Source of the DNA: Psammoneis japonica
Taxonomy: Eukaryota
Direction: 5' to 3'
Length of the DNA: 64,000 nt
Assembly: GCA_008632985.1 (NCBI GenBank)
Contig: QPGO01000035.1
Location: 173,899 to 237,898, forward strand
The notes under the pieces are model-generated. The model was not told the DNA's origin. It was given only the letters and a program-made list of their open reading frames with translations, and made no database searches. The position numbers and the translations under genes are program-made. This document shows, one piece after another, positions 37,001-48,185 of the stretch. Position 1 is the first letter of the stretch, and each line of letters starts with the position of its first letter.

Positions 37001-38167
37001 TTGCTGTCCACGTCGATGCGAGTGATTTTCAACTTGGCGCCATCACATCCCAAGAGGGCAAACCAATTGCTTTTTGCAGCAGGAAGCTTGACAAAGCCCA
37101 AAGAAACTGTGCCACTGCAGAGAGAGAACTTCTCTCTCCATTGCAGAGTGCCTGCAAGAGCACAGAAACATCTTGTTGGGCCACGAAATTGAAATTTTTA
37201 CAGATCATGTCAACCTTGTTGCTTGCAAAACGGCATCGTCAGCACGTGTGCATTGCTGGCACCTGTTTGCAGAAGAGTTCAGACCCACCTTGATGTTTGT
37301 CAAGGGAGAGGAAAACGTTGCAGCCAATGCACCAAGCCGGCTTGACAAACAGATTCTGACTAAGACAGTCGAAGGCCTTGACAGCAGCACGCACCCAAAA
37401 CAATCAAAATCAAAGCGGCCGGAGCAAATTGTGCAATCCGAGCAGCTCTTTGTCCAAACCCAAACTCGAAAGAAAAGAAAGCTTGCTGAAAATGCTGGGG
37501 CCCTTGCAGAAGAGGCTCTGCCGCAATCCCAGCCAGCCTGCAAATGCAGGTGCCTGGAGAAAAAAGAGGAGACAGCTCCCACTGATGGCTTGCCCATCAG
37601 TCACAAGACAATCACGAAACACCAATGGAAAGACACAAAAACATGTGAGAAGCTAGAAACAGATGGCAACTGCATGGTCAGATAGACAGGCAAAAACAAC
37701 GTCACATCTTTTGCAATGGCAATCAAATGCCCATGCCGTGACCGCTCTGAAAACCAATCGTGGATTGGCGCCACATCAATCTCTGTCATCCTGGTGCAGA
37801 TCGAACAGAAGAAACAACACGACAAAGCTTTGCATGGGAAAAATTGCGCAGAGACGTGAGAGACCAAGTGACACATTGTGACAAGTGTCAATGGCTCAAA
37901 AAGCACACCAAAAAATGTGGCCATCTTCCTGCCAAAGCAGCAGAATGTCATCCGTGGCGCAAATTGTGTGTGTGGACCTCATCGGACCTTGCAAAGTGCA
38001 GACCGCTGATGGCAAAATTCACAAACTCCAAGCCCCATCACTGTGATGGATCCAGCCTCATCCTGGTTCGAGATCAAAGCAATGCCAGATGCTGCGAGCC
38101 AGACGGCAGCACTGACAGTCGACCAAGAATGGCTTTGCCGCTGCCCCCCACCCCAGGATCTGTGTGG

Positions 38168-38319
38168 TTCACAGTTGAGCACATCTTCTGATGTTGCTCA
38201 TCTGATGATGTGGACGATGATTCAGACCCATTCTCTGCACAAGTTCCGGAAGATCGATGAGTGCTCTAAACACAAAGCTCACTTTTTTCATCTGTCGAAT
38301 GACACCACGCTGGCTCAGT
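38168..38319 (+). repeat. Right copy of the 152-bp direct repeat
   Basis: See left copy; 7 of the 8 TA dinucleotides of the left copy are TG or CA here. Confidence 0.88.
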
Positions 38320-38344
38320 CCATCATCTCTCTCTGCCATGGATT

Positions 38345-41300
38345 GTGTTGGTGGAGAGGGTCATTCCCACTTAGATGCAGCACATCTGTGCTGTGCACTG
38401 TGCACTCACATGGAATCAGCACTGGAGCCCACAGAGCACACCACAGACTGAAGCACACATCACGCGAGGTCGTGGGCAGTCATGGTGTTGATCGCACCCA
38501 CTCACACTTCTGGTCGTAGAAAAACTGCGGAGGCGCTTCCGCTCACCAGAATTGAGAGTCGCTCCCCGAAACACAAACGAGTGAAGCACGGCGTGACACT
38601 GCTGCAGACAATGATGAACAACGCCATGCATTTCTGTGCATTGGCACGTTCCATCCTCTTGCAGTTTTGCAATGTCGAGTGCAGGCTTGTGATTGACACC
38701 TTTGTTGCACGTCCTGAACTTTGACAGGGGCCCAGAATTCTCTTGCAAAAAACAATCAACCTTGCCATTGCAGCAGTCGTCAAGGCACTGTGCGACCCCA
38801 GTGGCTTGACATGCAAAGCTTTTGATGGGATCTTCAAAGCTGATCTTTCACGTCCTGGCACGCATCTGCAAATGCCTGAACCTTGGTGGCAGCATCCTTG
38901 GTGGATTTAAATTCAGATTGGCAGTCGCGATTTACAGCACAATGGTGTCACTGCTCGGCTTGGCTTTTTTGGCATTCTTTTCACCTTGAGCTGGGTCAGC
39001 AGCAGCTCGCTTCTCCCCTGTGCTGTTGGAATTGGTGAGCACCTCAACACTTGTTGCAGACTGTGCAGCACGCACTCTTTCTGCAGCCAACTTGTCATGC
39101 ACTCGCGTTGCCATCTCGGCCTTGCTAGATCCCAGCTCACGAATCAAGAATTGTTTCATTTCTTCTTCATTGGACAAGTCTGGAGTGCATGATGTGGCTT
39201 TCGTGTGCAGTTGCTTGACTGTCAACAAGTTGCTCTGCTGCACACCAAGCACTTCCAATGACGCACCAATCAGCAAGCTTTGGCAGAGGCTTTCTGCACC
39301 TGGCTGAGTCTGCCATGATGGATGCAAATGAAGAAAGATGTTTCATGTGGATGGGTTCCCATTCACCAACATGGTGAGTGTCCTTGTCCTTTTCCCTGTC
39401 AACTAGAGCCTTCAATGTGCCACTGTCAGAAAGGCAAGTTGCGGCACTTGAAATGTGCTTGTGATGCGCGCTCAGCAAAATGTTCGCTTCTGCCATCTCA
39501 CCCAGCCACCCTCAGTCACGCGCAGAGCCCCATTTGGCAAATGCGAAGCCAGTCCTTCAAAGAATGTGTGTTCCAATGATTTCTGTTGACATCTTGTCAA
39601 TGTCCCTTCCCAGAATGGTTTCACAAGCAAACTTGAAAAAATCCAAGAGCGAGTCGCATGGAAAATTTTCGTCGTGATGTTCCTTGTTAAGCTCCAACTC
39701 GTCTCCAGTGGGAAACAACTTGCCCGACTTGATGCCAGAACAATGCATCCAAATGAGAATGGCAACAGTTCCTGAGAATTCAGGACATTCTTCATCGTCC
39801 CAAACCATGAAATGAAGATCCTTGTTGTCACGCTTGCCACGGATTTTGGTGCAGAGACCCTTGACGGCATTCTCCGACACTTGGAAGCACTCGGTGACAA
39901 ACTTCTCAACCGTCATCTCCAAAACCTCTTCGCAGTGTAGAAATGACTTTGTGCCAACAATGATGACAGTCCAAAGCATTCGATGATGCTTGTCATCATG
40001 TGACAAACAGCCCGGCAAGAATGCAAAAGCACTTCCAGCTTCGTGGCAGTTCGATGCACAGTCTTGCCATTGGTCAATTGCAGCCTTGAAATCTTCATGT
40101 TTGGTGGCATTTCCACGACGCCAGAAATGAGGATCACCAGGGTGTTTGTGGCATCCAGCACCCTTTTGGGCTTCCTCCTCGCCAATCTCATGACAATCAG
40201 CACACATTTCTTGGCATTCGCCATTGGTCGTTTCGCAGTGCTTGTGCACGTGAAGCTTGCTCATGGCAGTGCGGAAGAGCCCAGTGGAAGAGTGACCTTT
40301 CCAATCACCAATGCAGGTGATGGGGTTTCCATGCCAGTCCTTTGCTGGAGCGTTTGTGCGGTTGTGAAGCAGTGGTTTGGCCTTTTGTTTTGTCCTGAAC
40401 TGAGTGAACTGGATTGCTGCATCCAAATTCAAAGGAAAAGGATCTGATGGACACAAGTCACGTGCCAGCAACATGGCACTTTCAGAGTCACCAATGAGGT
40501 GACAGAAGTCACGAAAAAGCCTCCATGTGGGTTCACACCGTGCAATGGAACTGGTCGCAATGGTGTCAGTGCCTGCTTTGCCGGTCTTTTTGTTCTTTCC
40601 TGTGATTGCAAGTTTTGGTGACGTTGTGTCCAGCTTGCACTTCATCAGCGTCTTGTTCAAGCTCGACTCACCAAGAGAGTGGGTTTGCTGCGTCATGTTG
40701 AATCCGCCGCCCTTCAAAATGACATAAGATGCCATCGTCGAGTGTGTGTTTTCTCTCTCGCGAACAAGAAATGCAAGTTTGGGTTGATTTTCTTGTGGTG
40801 CACCCCTCGAGTTTTCGAATGACCCTTTGGACAAAGCTGCTCAGGGATGAAAGAAAGTCAAAATTTACTTGTCAGTGCACCGCTGTGCACTGGAAATCAT
40901 GCCAGTGCACTTGAAGTGCACCGACCCCTTCAACCAAGCACACGTCACTGTCTCAAAACATTGCCCCCCCTCTGGTGCCTGCAGATGCAGGGATCTCTAT
41001 CAGGTTGTGAGCCTCGCCTTCGCTCAGCATGAGGAGGGGCCACACCACATCGCGAAACAACAAAACACCTTCAGCACGTTGTTGTCGACACCGGCGGTGA
41101 GCATTTTCAACGCAAACACCTTCGCTCTGTCGACGCGAATGGCATGTTCATTGTCATTCATCTTGTCGCTTTCGTTGGTGTCATCAGCCGACGTTTCGCA
41201 TGTGGCGTGGCATGCGCACTCTGCTTGCGCAGCGATCCTCTCCTGCTGCACATTGTGCACTGGGAGTGTGGGTCAGCTTGTTGCCGGAGTTGCAGGGTAG

Positions 41301-42458
41301 AAGCGCGGCAGCACTTAAAATGCAGACATTGGGTTTTGCACTTGCGCAGCAATCCTGCGTGAGGTGTGCCATCAAAGATCCAATGTCAACTGCTCCGTGC
41401 GCCGTTGATTTCTTTGAGCGCAACGAAACATCATGATGGCCCCCGCGAATGGCACCTGTTTGAAGACGGCATCATTTTGGCAAGAAAAATTGTCGTTGAT
41501 GTGGGCCGCTCTGTCCCAGGCACCAGCTCAAGATGGCAATTCGCCGATTGCGACTGCAACTGACACCCCACATGGACCCTCAGCTGTCTCTGCTCCATCC
41601 GCCGAGTTTGCTGCTGCACGCGATGCGACTCGCCCTGTCATTGAGTTGCATCCAACAGCGACAACTCCATCCACTGCAACCACCCCACCAGTTGACCCTT
41701 GTTCTTTTTCTGCAAATGTCAAGACTGACCCATTGGCCATTTTTAAGATTGCTTTGGGCAAACTTGGCAAGCCAATTGAGCACAAGAAAGCTGGTGTTGC
41801 TGTTGACCGAGCAACAATGGCGTGCATTGTGAACAAGGTGATTGGTTCAATCAAAATGCTCATCAATGCATTGCATGGCACAAGCTTCTGTCTGTGTGCT
41901 GCAAGCTGATGGCTTCTCTGCACACCGCGAGAAAGAGGCAAATGAATCTGTTGTCTTTTCTGAGAAGTCAATTGACTCGGATTCTCCTCACCCCAACCCT
42001 GCCAATGTTGCAAGCCTCCCGGGTTGCACCACTTGGAGTCATTGTCAGTTGTTGCCTTGGCTGATCCCTGGTGACTTGCTGCTGCCAAATTGGCACTGCT
42101 CCGGTCGCCCACCTGATTTCCTCTTGGATTGGACCAGGTCTGGACGGCCTCCCGACAGTGCACTCTGGTGTCATCCCGGCAGACCTCCCAGTTTGCCATG
42201 TCATTCATGCTCAGAGCAATCTCCCAGTCTGTTAATTGTTGGCGATTCAATGGATTGGTTTAACGAGTGGACGATTGCATGGTGTCGGGCGCAGAAACGG
42301 ATGCACTGTTTCCACTTTGCTGTCTGTCTGTCTGACAGTCATGACTCTCACCACTTCTCTTTTGCACTGGCAGATCTTCAATCCTGTTTTTACCAGGCTT
42401 TTGATTCTCCTAGTGTGGGGGGGTGTTAGTGGAGAGGGTCATTCCTACTTAGACACAG
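38345..42458 (-). mobile_element. Degenerate tyrosine-recombinase (Crypton-like) element bounded by 36-bp direct repeats
   Basis: Repeats 38345-38380 and 42423-42458 match at 32/36. The minus-strand ORF relic ~39170-40830 shows YR motifs: FLHCEE (L-R..E), KIRGKRD, IGTHIL*RTG (H-x-x-R), SAHHK and ATCLSD (catalytic Tyr position). Confidence 0.72.
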
Positions 42459-42704
42459 GGATCTCCATCAGATTGTAGATTTGAGATTTTTGAAATTCCA
42501 AGATCGATCGGCTCATGTATTGCGATCGGGCGTCTGTGCCTTGCCCACATCGTATCTTTTTTTTTTTTTAGATTCTCCACAATGATGAGCATGCGTGTCC
42601 TCTTTGCGTGCCGCGCTTTCATCATCCAACATTGTTCACTGCCTTCTTGCACCCTGGGGTCAACTTTTCGAACAGAACATCTCTGAACCGATTGTCACAA
42701 GACC

Positions 42705-43893
42705 ATGTCCCCACTCAAACGTGCAAAAGTAGAGGAGCGAAAGGAAGGAGATGGTGCGACCTTGATTGTTGATTCAGAATCCAAGCAGGTGGTATCCTTG
42801 AGTACTCGTGCTTGTCGTGACATAGAAAAGTGGGAGGAAATGCCTTCCCTTTCAAAGTATCCAATGCTTGAAGTAGTAGATCTTTACAAATGTCGGTACA
42901 TTACTCATCTTCACGATAGTGTTGGAACGCTGACAAATCTCATCCTACTCAAGCTAACCCAATGTGAAAGTCTCGTTACTCTTCCTTCATCTATTGGTCA
43001 ACTTGGAAACCTCGAAGAGGTAAGTAGACAGTAGCGTTTTCGCTATATGCATGAAAGGATGTGATGCTCACTATTTAAAGCCATTCACTCTGGCATCTGC
43101 AGCTCGATATGTGCGATTGTGAAAACATAGCGATTCTTCCTGATTCCATTGGCAATCTCAAGAGGTAAGACCTATGTTTAGTTTTAGAGGCAAAACCTTT
43201 ACATTGCAGCACAAGCAGTATGATGCTGTCGAGTCCAGAAGATAATAACTGACATGCAGCCTTTTTAGCTTGAAGAGACTTGTACTTGGTGGAGCGGCCG
43301 GGACGGGTAACAAAGTGTTGACTCAGCTTCCCGAGACGTTGGGACAATGCACCAACTTGGAGAGCTTAATCCTTGATAAATGCAAAGCACTCGAATCCAT
43401 TCCAGGATCTATCGGATCCTTGACAAAGTTGTCTGAGCTACAAATGAGAGAGTGCAAGGAGGTTCAGGAGTTTCCACAAAGCATCGGAAACTGCAAAAAC
43501 TTGGTAGTCTTGGGTCTTTCCAAATGCGTGTCGCTCTGTCAACTTCCAGATTCCATTGAACGACTGAAGTTGTTGGAAGACTTGATCTTGACAAAATGCA
43601 AGAAACTCGAACAGTTACCCGAAGTTGTCGGTGGATGCGCGAGTCTTGCGTTGCTAGACCTACGAGCATGCAAGAAGCTTGTACAACTACCGTCGTCACT
43701 GGGAGCGTTGAAGAATCTTCGCATGCTCAATTTGTCAACCTGTAAATCACTGGAACGAATTCCAGATTCTGTTCAAAATTTGACAAACTTGCGGTCCTTG
43801 AATCTGACCAATTGCATCAAGCTAAAGAGTGTACCAGCATCAATCGAGAAAAAGTTCCAGGGCAAGATTATTGGCTGGCCACCATCCGAATAG
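42705..43893 (+). CDS. Leucine-rich repeat protein; exons 42705-43019, 43103-43164, 43269-43893
   Basis: 24-aa LRRs of the form L..LP.SIG.L..L..L.L..C; GT-AG introns join in frame. Confidence 0.9.
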
Positions 43894-43989
43894 CAAGGCA
43901 TGACTCTACTGTAGCCGCAGTTCATCGCAACAGCTTTATACGCACTCTACAAAGCATGTCTACTAAGCATGCCTCGATGTTTCCGTCTA

Positions 43990-44695
43990 CTATTCCTTTT
44001 TCTTACTCTTTATTCCTTGAAAGTGTCTTCGTCTTTGCTTTAGCAGTTGCGTGATGAGTGGATAGAATCCTACTGGCCACAGAGATGCGGCAATGTAAAG
44101 GATAGGCCGGTCATCTTGAGCAGCACGGATTACCATTAGCATTTCCCCAAAGGCGCCTATTTATGAGACAAAGAGCAACAACGTGACGTAGTAAGAAGGG
44201 CGAATTCGAAATGAATGAGCAGGGTAGGAATTGAAAGGTTAACCTACCTATTGGAAACAGAATCGGTCCTACCGTATAACGGATTGATTTGACGGTCGTA
44301 CCCAGTTTCTCAGGAAACATTTCATATATAGCAAAGCACCCGAATCGCACTACTTCACCACATGTCCAACAGAGCACGACACCAAGGTGCTGCCATGCTG
44401 AGCACTCGTAGAGAGGCGAGACCAGCACCTCAACCCCCATTCTCGTTGCCGCAAAAAGCATGACCTGCAGTGGGTTGGAACGTGTAAAGCCCAACAGTGC
44501 AGTCAATAGTTCTAGCAAGGTGGAAACTCCCAGAGCTGTGATCACCATTGGATGAAGGACGTCGACACAAATGTCTTGCTCGATTCCGTTCCAACCGACC
44601 GACATGAAAAGCCACAAGACACGCAACCAAGAGATCATCAGAACCGCGTTGCTAAACACGAGACAAGCTCGTTTCGAACTATCTGACATCTCCAT
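43990..44695 (-). CDS. PTPLA/PHS1-family very-long-chain 3-hydroxyacyl-CoA dehydratase-like membrane protein; intron 44157-44247
   Basis: Multi-TM protein with W.CGEVVRF, IRYTVGPILFPIG|AFGEM and a C-terminal KSKKKE* ER-retrieval signal after splicing. Confidence 0.72.
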
Positions 44696-44994
44696 GATGT
44701 TTCACTGACTGCGTAATGCTTTGATCGACACAAATGAAGCCAATCTTTCTGTGAAATTGAAAATGGCGAGAAGACTCGAGAAACAGCAGACAGCGCAACA
44801 CTTCCCTCTTCCCTCCGACAATTTTTTGGGTTCGCGCGCTCCGAACACTCTAGTCTATAATCTTTGCTATTTTCAGGAAAAGCCATTACACACCTCCCAA
44901 GCCGGGTCAAACTAGAAGTATGATGGTTATAAGCTAGTGCACCTCCATGGTAGGCACTGACATTCAGTTATCGATCTAGAGTCATGTCCTGCCA

Positions 44995-46341
44995 TCATCC
45001 ATCATCCAATGTCCCAAAAAGCTGATCTTCAATGCGGCATCCAATCGTGAAGAGTTGATGCAGGATCGAATCACTTTTATTCGATGTATCTGGATCAACT
45101 TTAGGATGCACCTGTGCCTCCTCCTGAGTCTGGTTTATTTCATCCTCTGTGAATTCTTCCATCTCTGTCATACCAGAAACGCATGTTGAATCATCAAATT
45201 TCTGTCCGTTTGGAACTCTGACACAATACGGTATTTCCTTTCCTTCTTTTCGGGTTCCAACCTTTTTGTTCTTCCTCTTAATTTTCCGCTTTTTCTTCTT
45301 TGGCTCTTCTGCATGTGACGCTGGTGGACTGGAAAAGTTCACCACCGTAATTTCATTGACGTTCATCTTTCTCTTGGACCCTGTCTTCGCTTTATCATTC
45401 TCATCGCTGCAACAATAGTTTTGTTCAGTGATTCGGAAGAACACTTGTTTTGAAGGAGAGGCTTCTGACGGAGGGGCTTCTACCTGCTTTTTTTGCCTCT
45501 GTGCAAAACGAACTTTTGGAATTTTCAATTTTGGCCTTCGAGGAGCTTCTTTCTTGGGTGTCGAAATAACGCCATTTGCGTGTCGCTCTTTTCTGAATGG
45601 AAAAGTAAACTTAGAACGAGCGGCTTTGGGATGGCCAGATCTTTCCTGGTGCTCTCTATTTTCTTCAAAAGAGACACTAGAGTTTGTGGTCCTTCCAGTA
45701 CTGGGTTCTTCTCTTGTTTCGACGCCTGCGCCAAGATTCCCTTCGTCGTCGTCTCTATTCATGAGGTGGCTGTCGTTTTGAGGCGCGGCCGGAGGGTAGC
45801 TACTAACCGGAGCAAAATGTTTGCGCGCACTTTTGCGATGGCTAAACCCAACGAAGAACTTTCTTGTCGCAATCACTGTAACTAAACCAGTTGCTTCCTC
45901 AACAGCGTTTGCCACCATGCCTGCGTTGCACGTTCTGCAGTCCTTGTTGTTCACCCGGACGATTTCATCCCCTATCCGTAACTCCGTAGAAGCAAAAATC
46001 CCATCGCGTGCAATGTTCGATACAACTACGACTCCGTTCAATTTCAAGAATGAAATTCCAGGGTCTGTTTCCCTTGTCGCCTTGAAAGTCGTGGCGGTAA
46101 TGCCCACTCCACTCCAGTCGTTTCTAATCCGATCCATTTCGTATGCTCTAGACTGTGGTGAGCTGTATCCTCTACGCTGCTCAGGCACCCTTACTGCAGT
46201 ATTCAATTTCTTCTGTTTTTGAAAGTGCACCGAAGTATCATCGTTCTTCCAATCCTGCGTGAACTGCGGCTTCCTCCACGGCAGATGATCAGATTCTTCG
46301 AACCTTGCCCATCCATCATTGTCGCCTCGTTCGGACGCCAT
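44995..46341 (-). CDS. PDZ-domain protein with long disordered basic C-terminus
   Basis: GISF....GVVVVSNIARDGIFASTELRIGDEIVRVNN is a PDZ signature. Confidence 0.7.
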   Translation of the reverse strand: MASERGDNDGWARFEESDHLPWRKPQFTQDWKNDDTSVHFQKQKKLNTAVRVPEQRRGYSSPQSRAYEMDRIRNDWSGVGITATTFKATRETDPGISFLKLNGVVVVSNIARDGIFASTELRIGDEIVRVNNKDCRTCNAGMVANAVEEATGLVTVIATRKFFVGFSHRKSARKHFAPVSSYPPAAPQNDSHLMNRDDDEGNLGAGVETREEPSTGRTTNSSVSFEENREHQERSGHPKAARSKFTFPFRKERHANGVISTPKKEAPRRPKLKIPKVRFAQRQKKQVEAPPSEASPSKQVFFRITEQNYCCSDENDKAKTGSKRKMNVNEITVVNFSSPPASHAEEPKKKKRKIKRKNKKVGTRKEGKEIPYCVRVPNGQKFDDSTCVSGMTEMEEFTEDEINQTQEEAQVHPKVDPDTSNKSDSILHQLFTIGCRIEDQLFGTLDDG

Positions 46342-46628
46342 TTTTTATCAAGTAAAGACTGTATCAATAATCTGCATCGACATTTTTTCTATATCGCAAA
46401 GGTGGATTTCAAGAAAACGGAAGACTGAAGTAGGCTGATACGTTCGATGGCAACCGACTGTGAAACAGGTGAAAACTGAAAACCCAACGCGGCCAGATTG
46501 TGAGCACTGAGCAGAAACCATTATTATCCTCATTGTAAACGAAGCTTTAGATAATTAATTCAACTGACTATATAGTCTAATGCATTGAATATTATTCATT
46601 TAAATTAAACGCACGAAAAATATATAAA

Positions 46629-48185
46629 TCTGTATTAAAAGTTTGTTAAAGTTGATGACTCCTGGCGGGCGAGCCGGGCGGGTTCCGGTCGAGCTTTCGT
46701 CAGCTCATCGTCGGTTGGTCTGCCCCCATGGGGACATCCTGTCCTCGATCCATCCTCCATCGATGCTGGTGGAAAACATGGCTGCCACTCTGCTAGAGAG
46801 AGCACAGTGTCCCAGCTCATGTGGGCAGTGCAAGATAAAACATCAACAATCTGCACCAAAGAGGAGCACACACAGCAGCACCAGCAGGGGGTGGGCGCGG
46901 CAAACCTGCCCAGGGGTTCACAGCCGGCGCTGCTGTGCGTGTGGTTTGGCCCAGGAGTGTGCAAACAAACAAACAAGGCACAGCAACACAAGAACAAGAA
47001 GCTGCAAGTGCTCTGAGGCACAAAAGGCCCTCATTGCTGCTGTGCTGGCGGCTGGCGGCCGGCAGTTGATTTTGTGGCTGCACAGGTGCTTGCATGGCGA
47101 GCAATGAGCACCAGCCACAATGGCATGCTGACCCAGGTTTTCCACCTTCCAAGAAGAGAAAAAAGTCTTTGGAGGCTGTGGCAGCACAGCCTGCATGTTT
47201 CCTCAAGAGAGATTGTGGCTTTGTGGTGCACGTGGTGCAGCGCTTTTTTCAATGTCGCCCCCAGCGTTGATGGCTCCCACTCCAACACGGCGGGAGAACT
47301 TCACAAAGTTTGCTGCTGGCAGAGTTTAGAACTGCTGATGCAGTGTCAACCAGGCAGCAAATGTGCCATGGCTCTTGGCTCTTTCCCTCAGCTTCAAGTG
47401 GCACTTTGCCCTCTTCTTTCTTGCTGGCGGAAGTTCGCGTTTGGGAGCTTGATCTTTTGGCTCACACAGCTCTCTTTTTTCTTGTTGCCAAGCTGGTTTG
47501 CAGGTCTTTCTGGCTGGAAAGGGACCCAGGATGAGGCGCCAAAGTCAGGAGTGCAGAGTGCAGCAGCAGCTCCTTTGGGTGGTGCAAGATTGCTGACCAG
47601 CAAGGGGATCTCTTCTTGTGGCAAGCGCGAGGCACACTTTGTCCCCACTTGTCCGCTCTGAATCTGGGGCAGCCACTTCTTGCATGCAGAAAGATGTTCA
47701 GTTGAGTGTGGACAGAAAGATCATGATGCAGTGTCTCACTGCAAAAAGCCTTCACACACAAAAGCAACAAATGCATCGCACTCCTTTCTCAGGTCACTGG
47801 CTGACTTGTGTCAAAACATGCTCTGCAAATGAACCGACAGCACACCATCAGCAGTTCGCTTGCCTTGCATTGTTCACCGAAGTGTTGCAAGCATCTGTCA
47901 CAAGCATGAGAGCATCACTCAGTGCTCACAAGCAGCGGAAAGGCGTGCCGCGTGCCAGTCATCCATGGCACAAACAGCCTTTTGTCCTGAAGTGGCCAAG
48001 TTGGATCGTTTCAACGAAAAACTGAGATCTTCAGCGATTTCGCTTGTCGAGTGTCGCATCACCCCGATATTTTGGGGGGCTTGGGTCTTAAATTTAAGAA
48101 CAGGCAAAACTGTATGTAAAAGTGTGACTTTTAATTGGAAAAAGCTAGAAACCATGCACACTCGAGAGTGAGCTCTATAAACTAG
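46629..48185 (+). mobile_element. Candidate non-autonomous Helitron, TpA-depleted interior
   Basis: A|TCTGTATTAAAA at 46628/46629; imperfect 18-nt hairpin GCACACTCGAGAGTGAGC at 48156-48173, then CTAG|T at 48182-48186; interior nearly TA-free. Confidence 0.55.

Larger units (their letters stand above)
33931..38319 (+). mobile_element. Degenerate Ty3/gypsy LTR retrotransposon with truncated integrase
   Basis: Gag knuckle CNFCKKSGHNNKEC; protease-like DSGSSASL; RT LDLNVGHCTVRL, PWGKFSCQRLPMG, CLNN (=YLDD, 36557-36568); RNase H DASDFQLGA, PIAFCSRKL, ERELLS; integrase HINLCHPG..CDKC. Order PR-RT-RH-IN; many stops and frameshifts. Confidence 0.92.

Noticed and set aside
34540..38150. Alternative genetic code (TGY/CAY read as Tyr) in the retroelement
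   Set aside because: The element also has frameshifts, CGA->TGA stops and dead catalytic Asp residues, and the same changes occur in non-coding repeats; neighbouring genes use the standard code.
33946..38319. Classical fungal RIP
   Set aside because: RIP raises TpA by CpA->TpA; here TpA is lost and conserved motifs show TA was ancestral.
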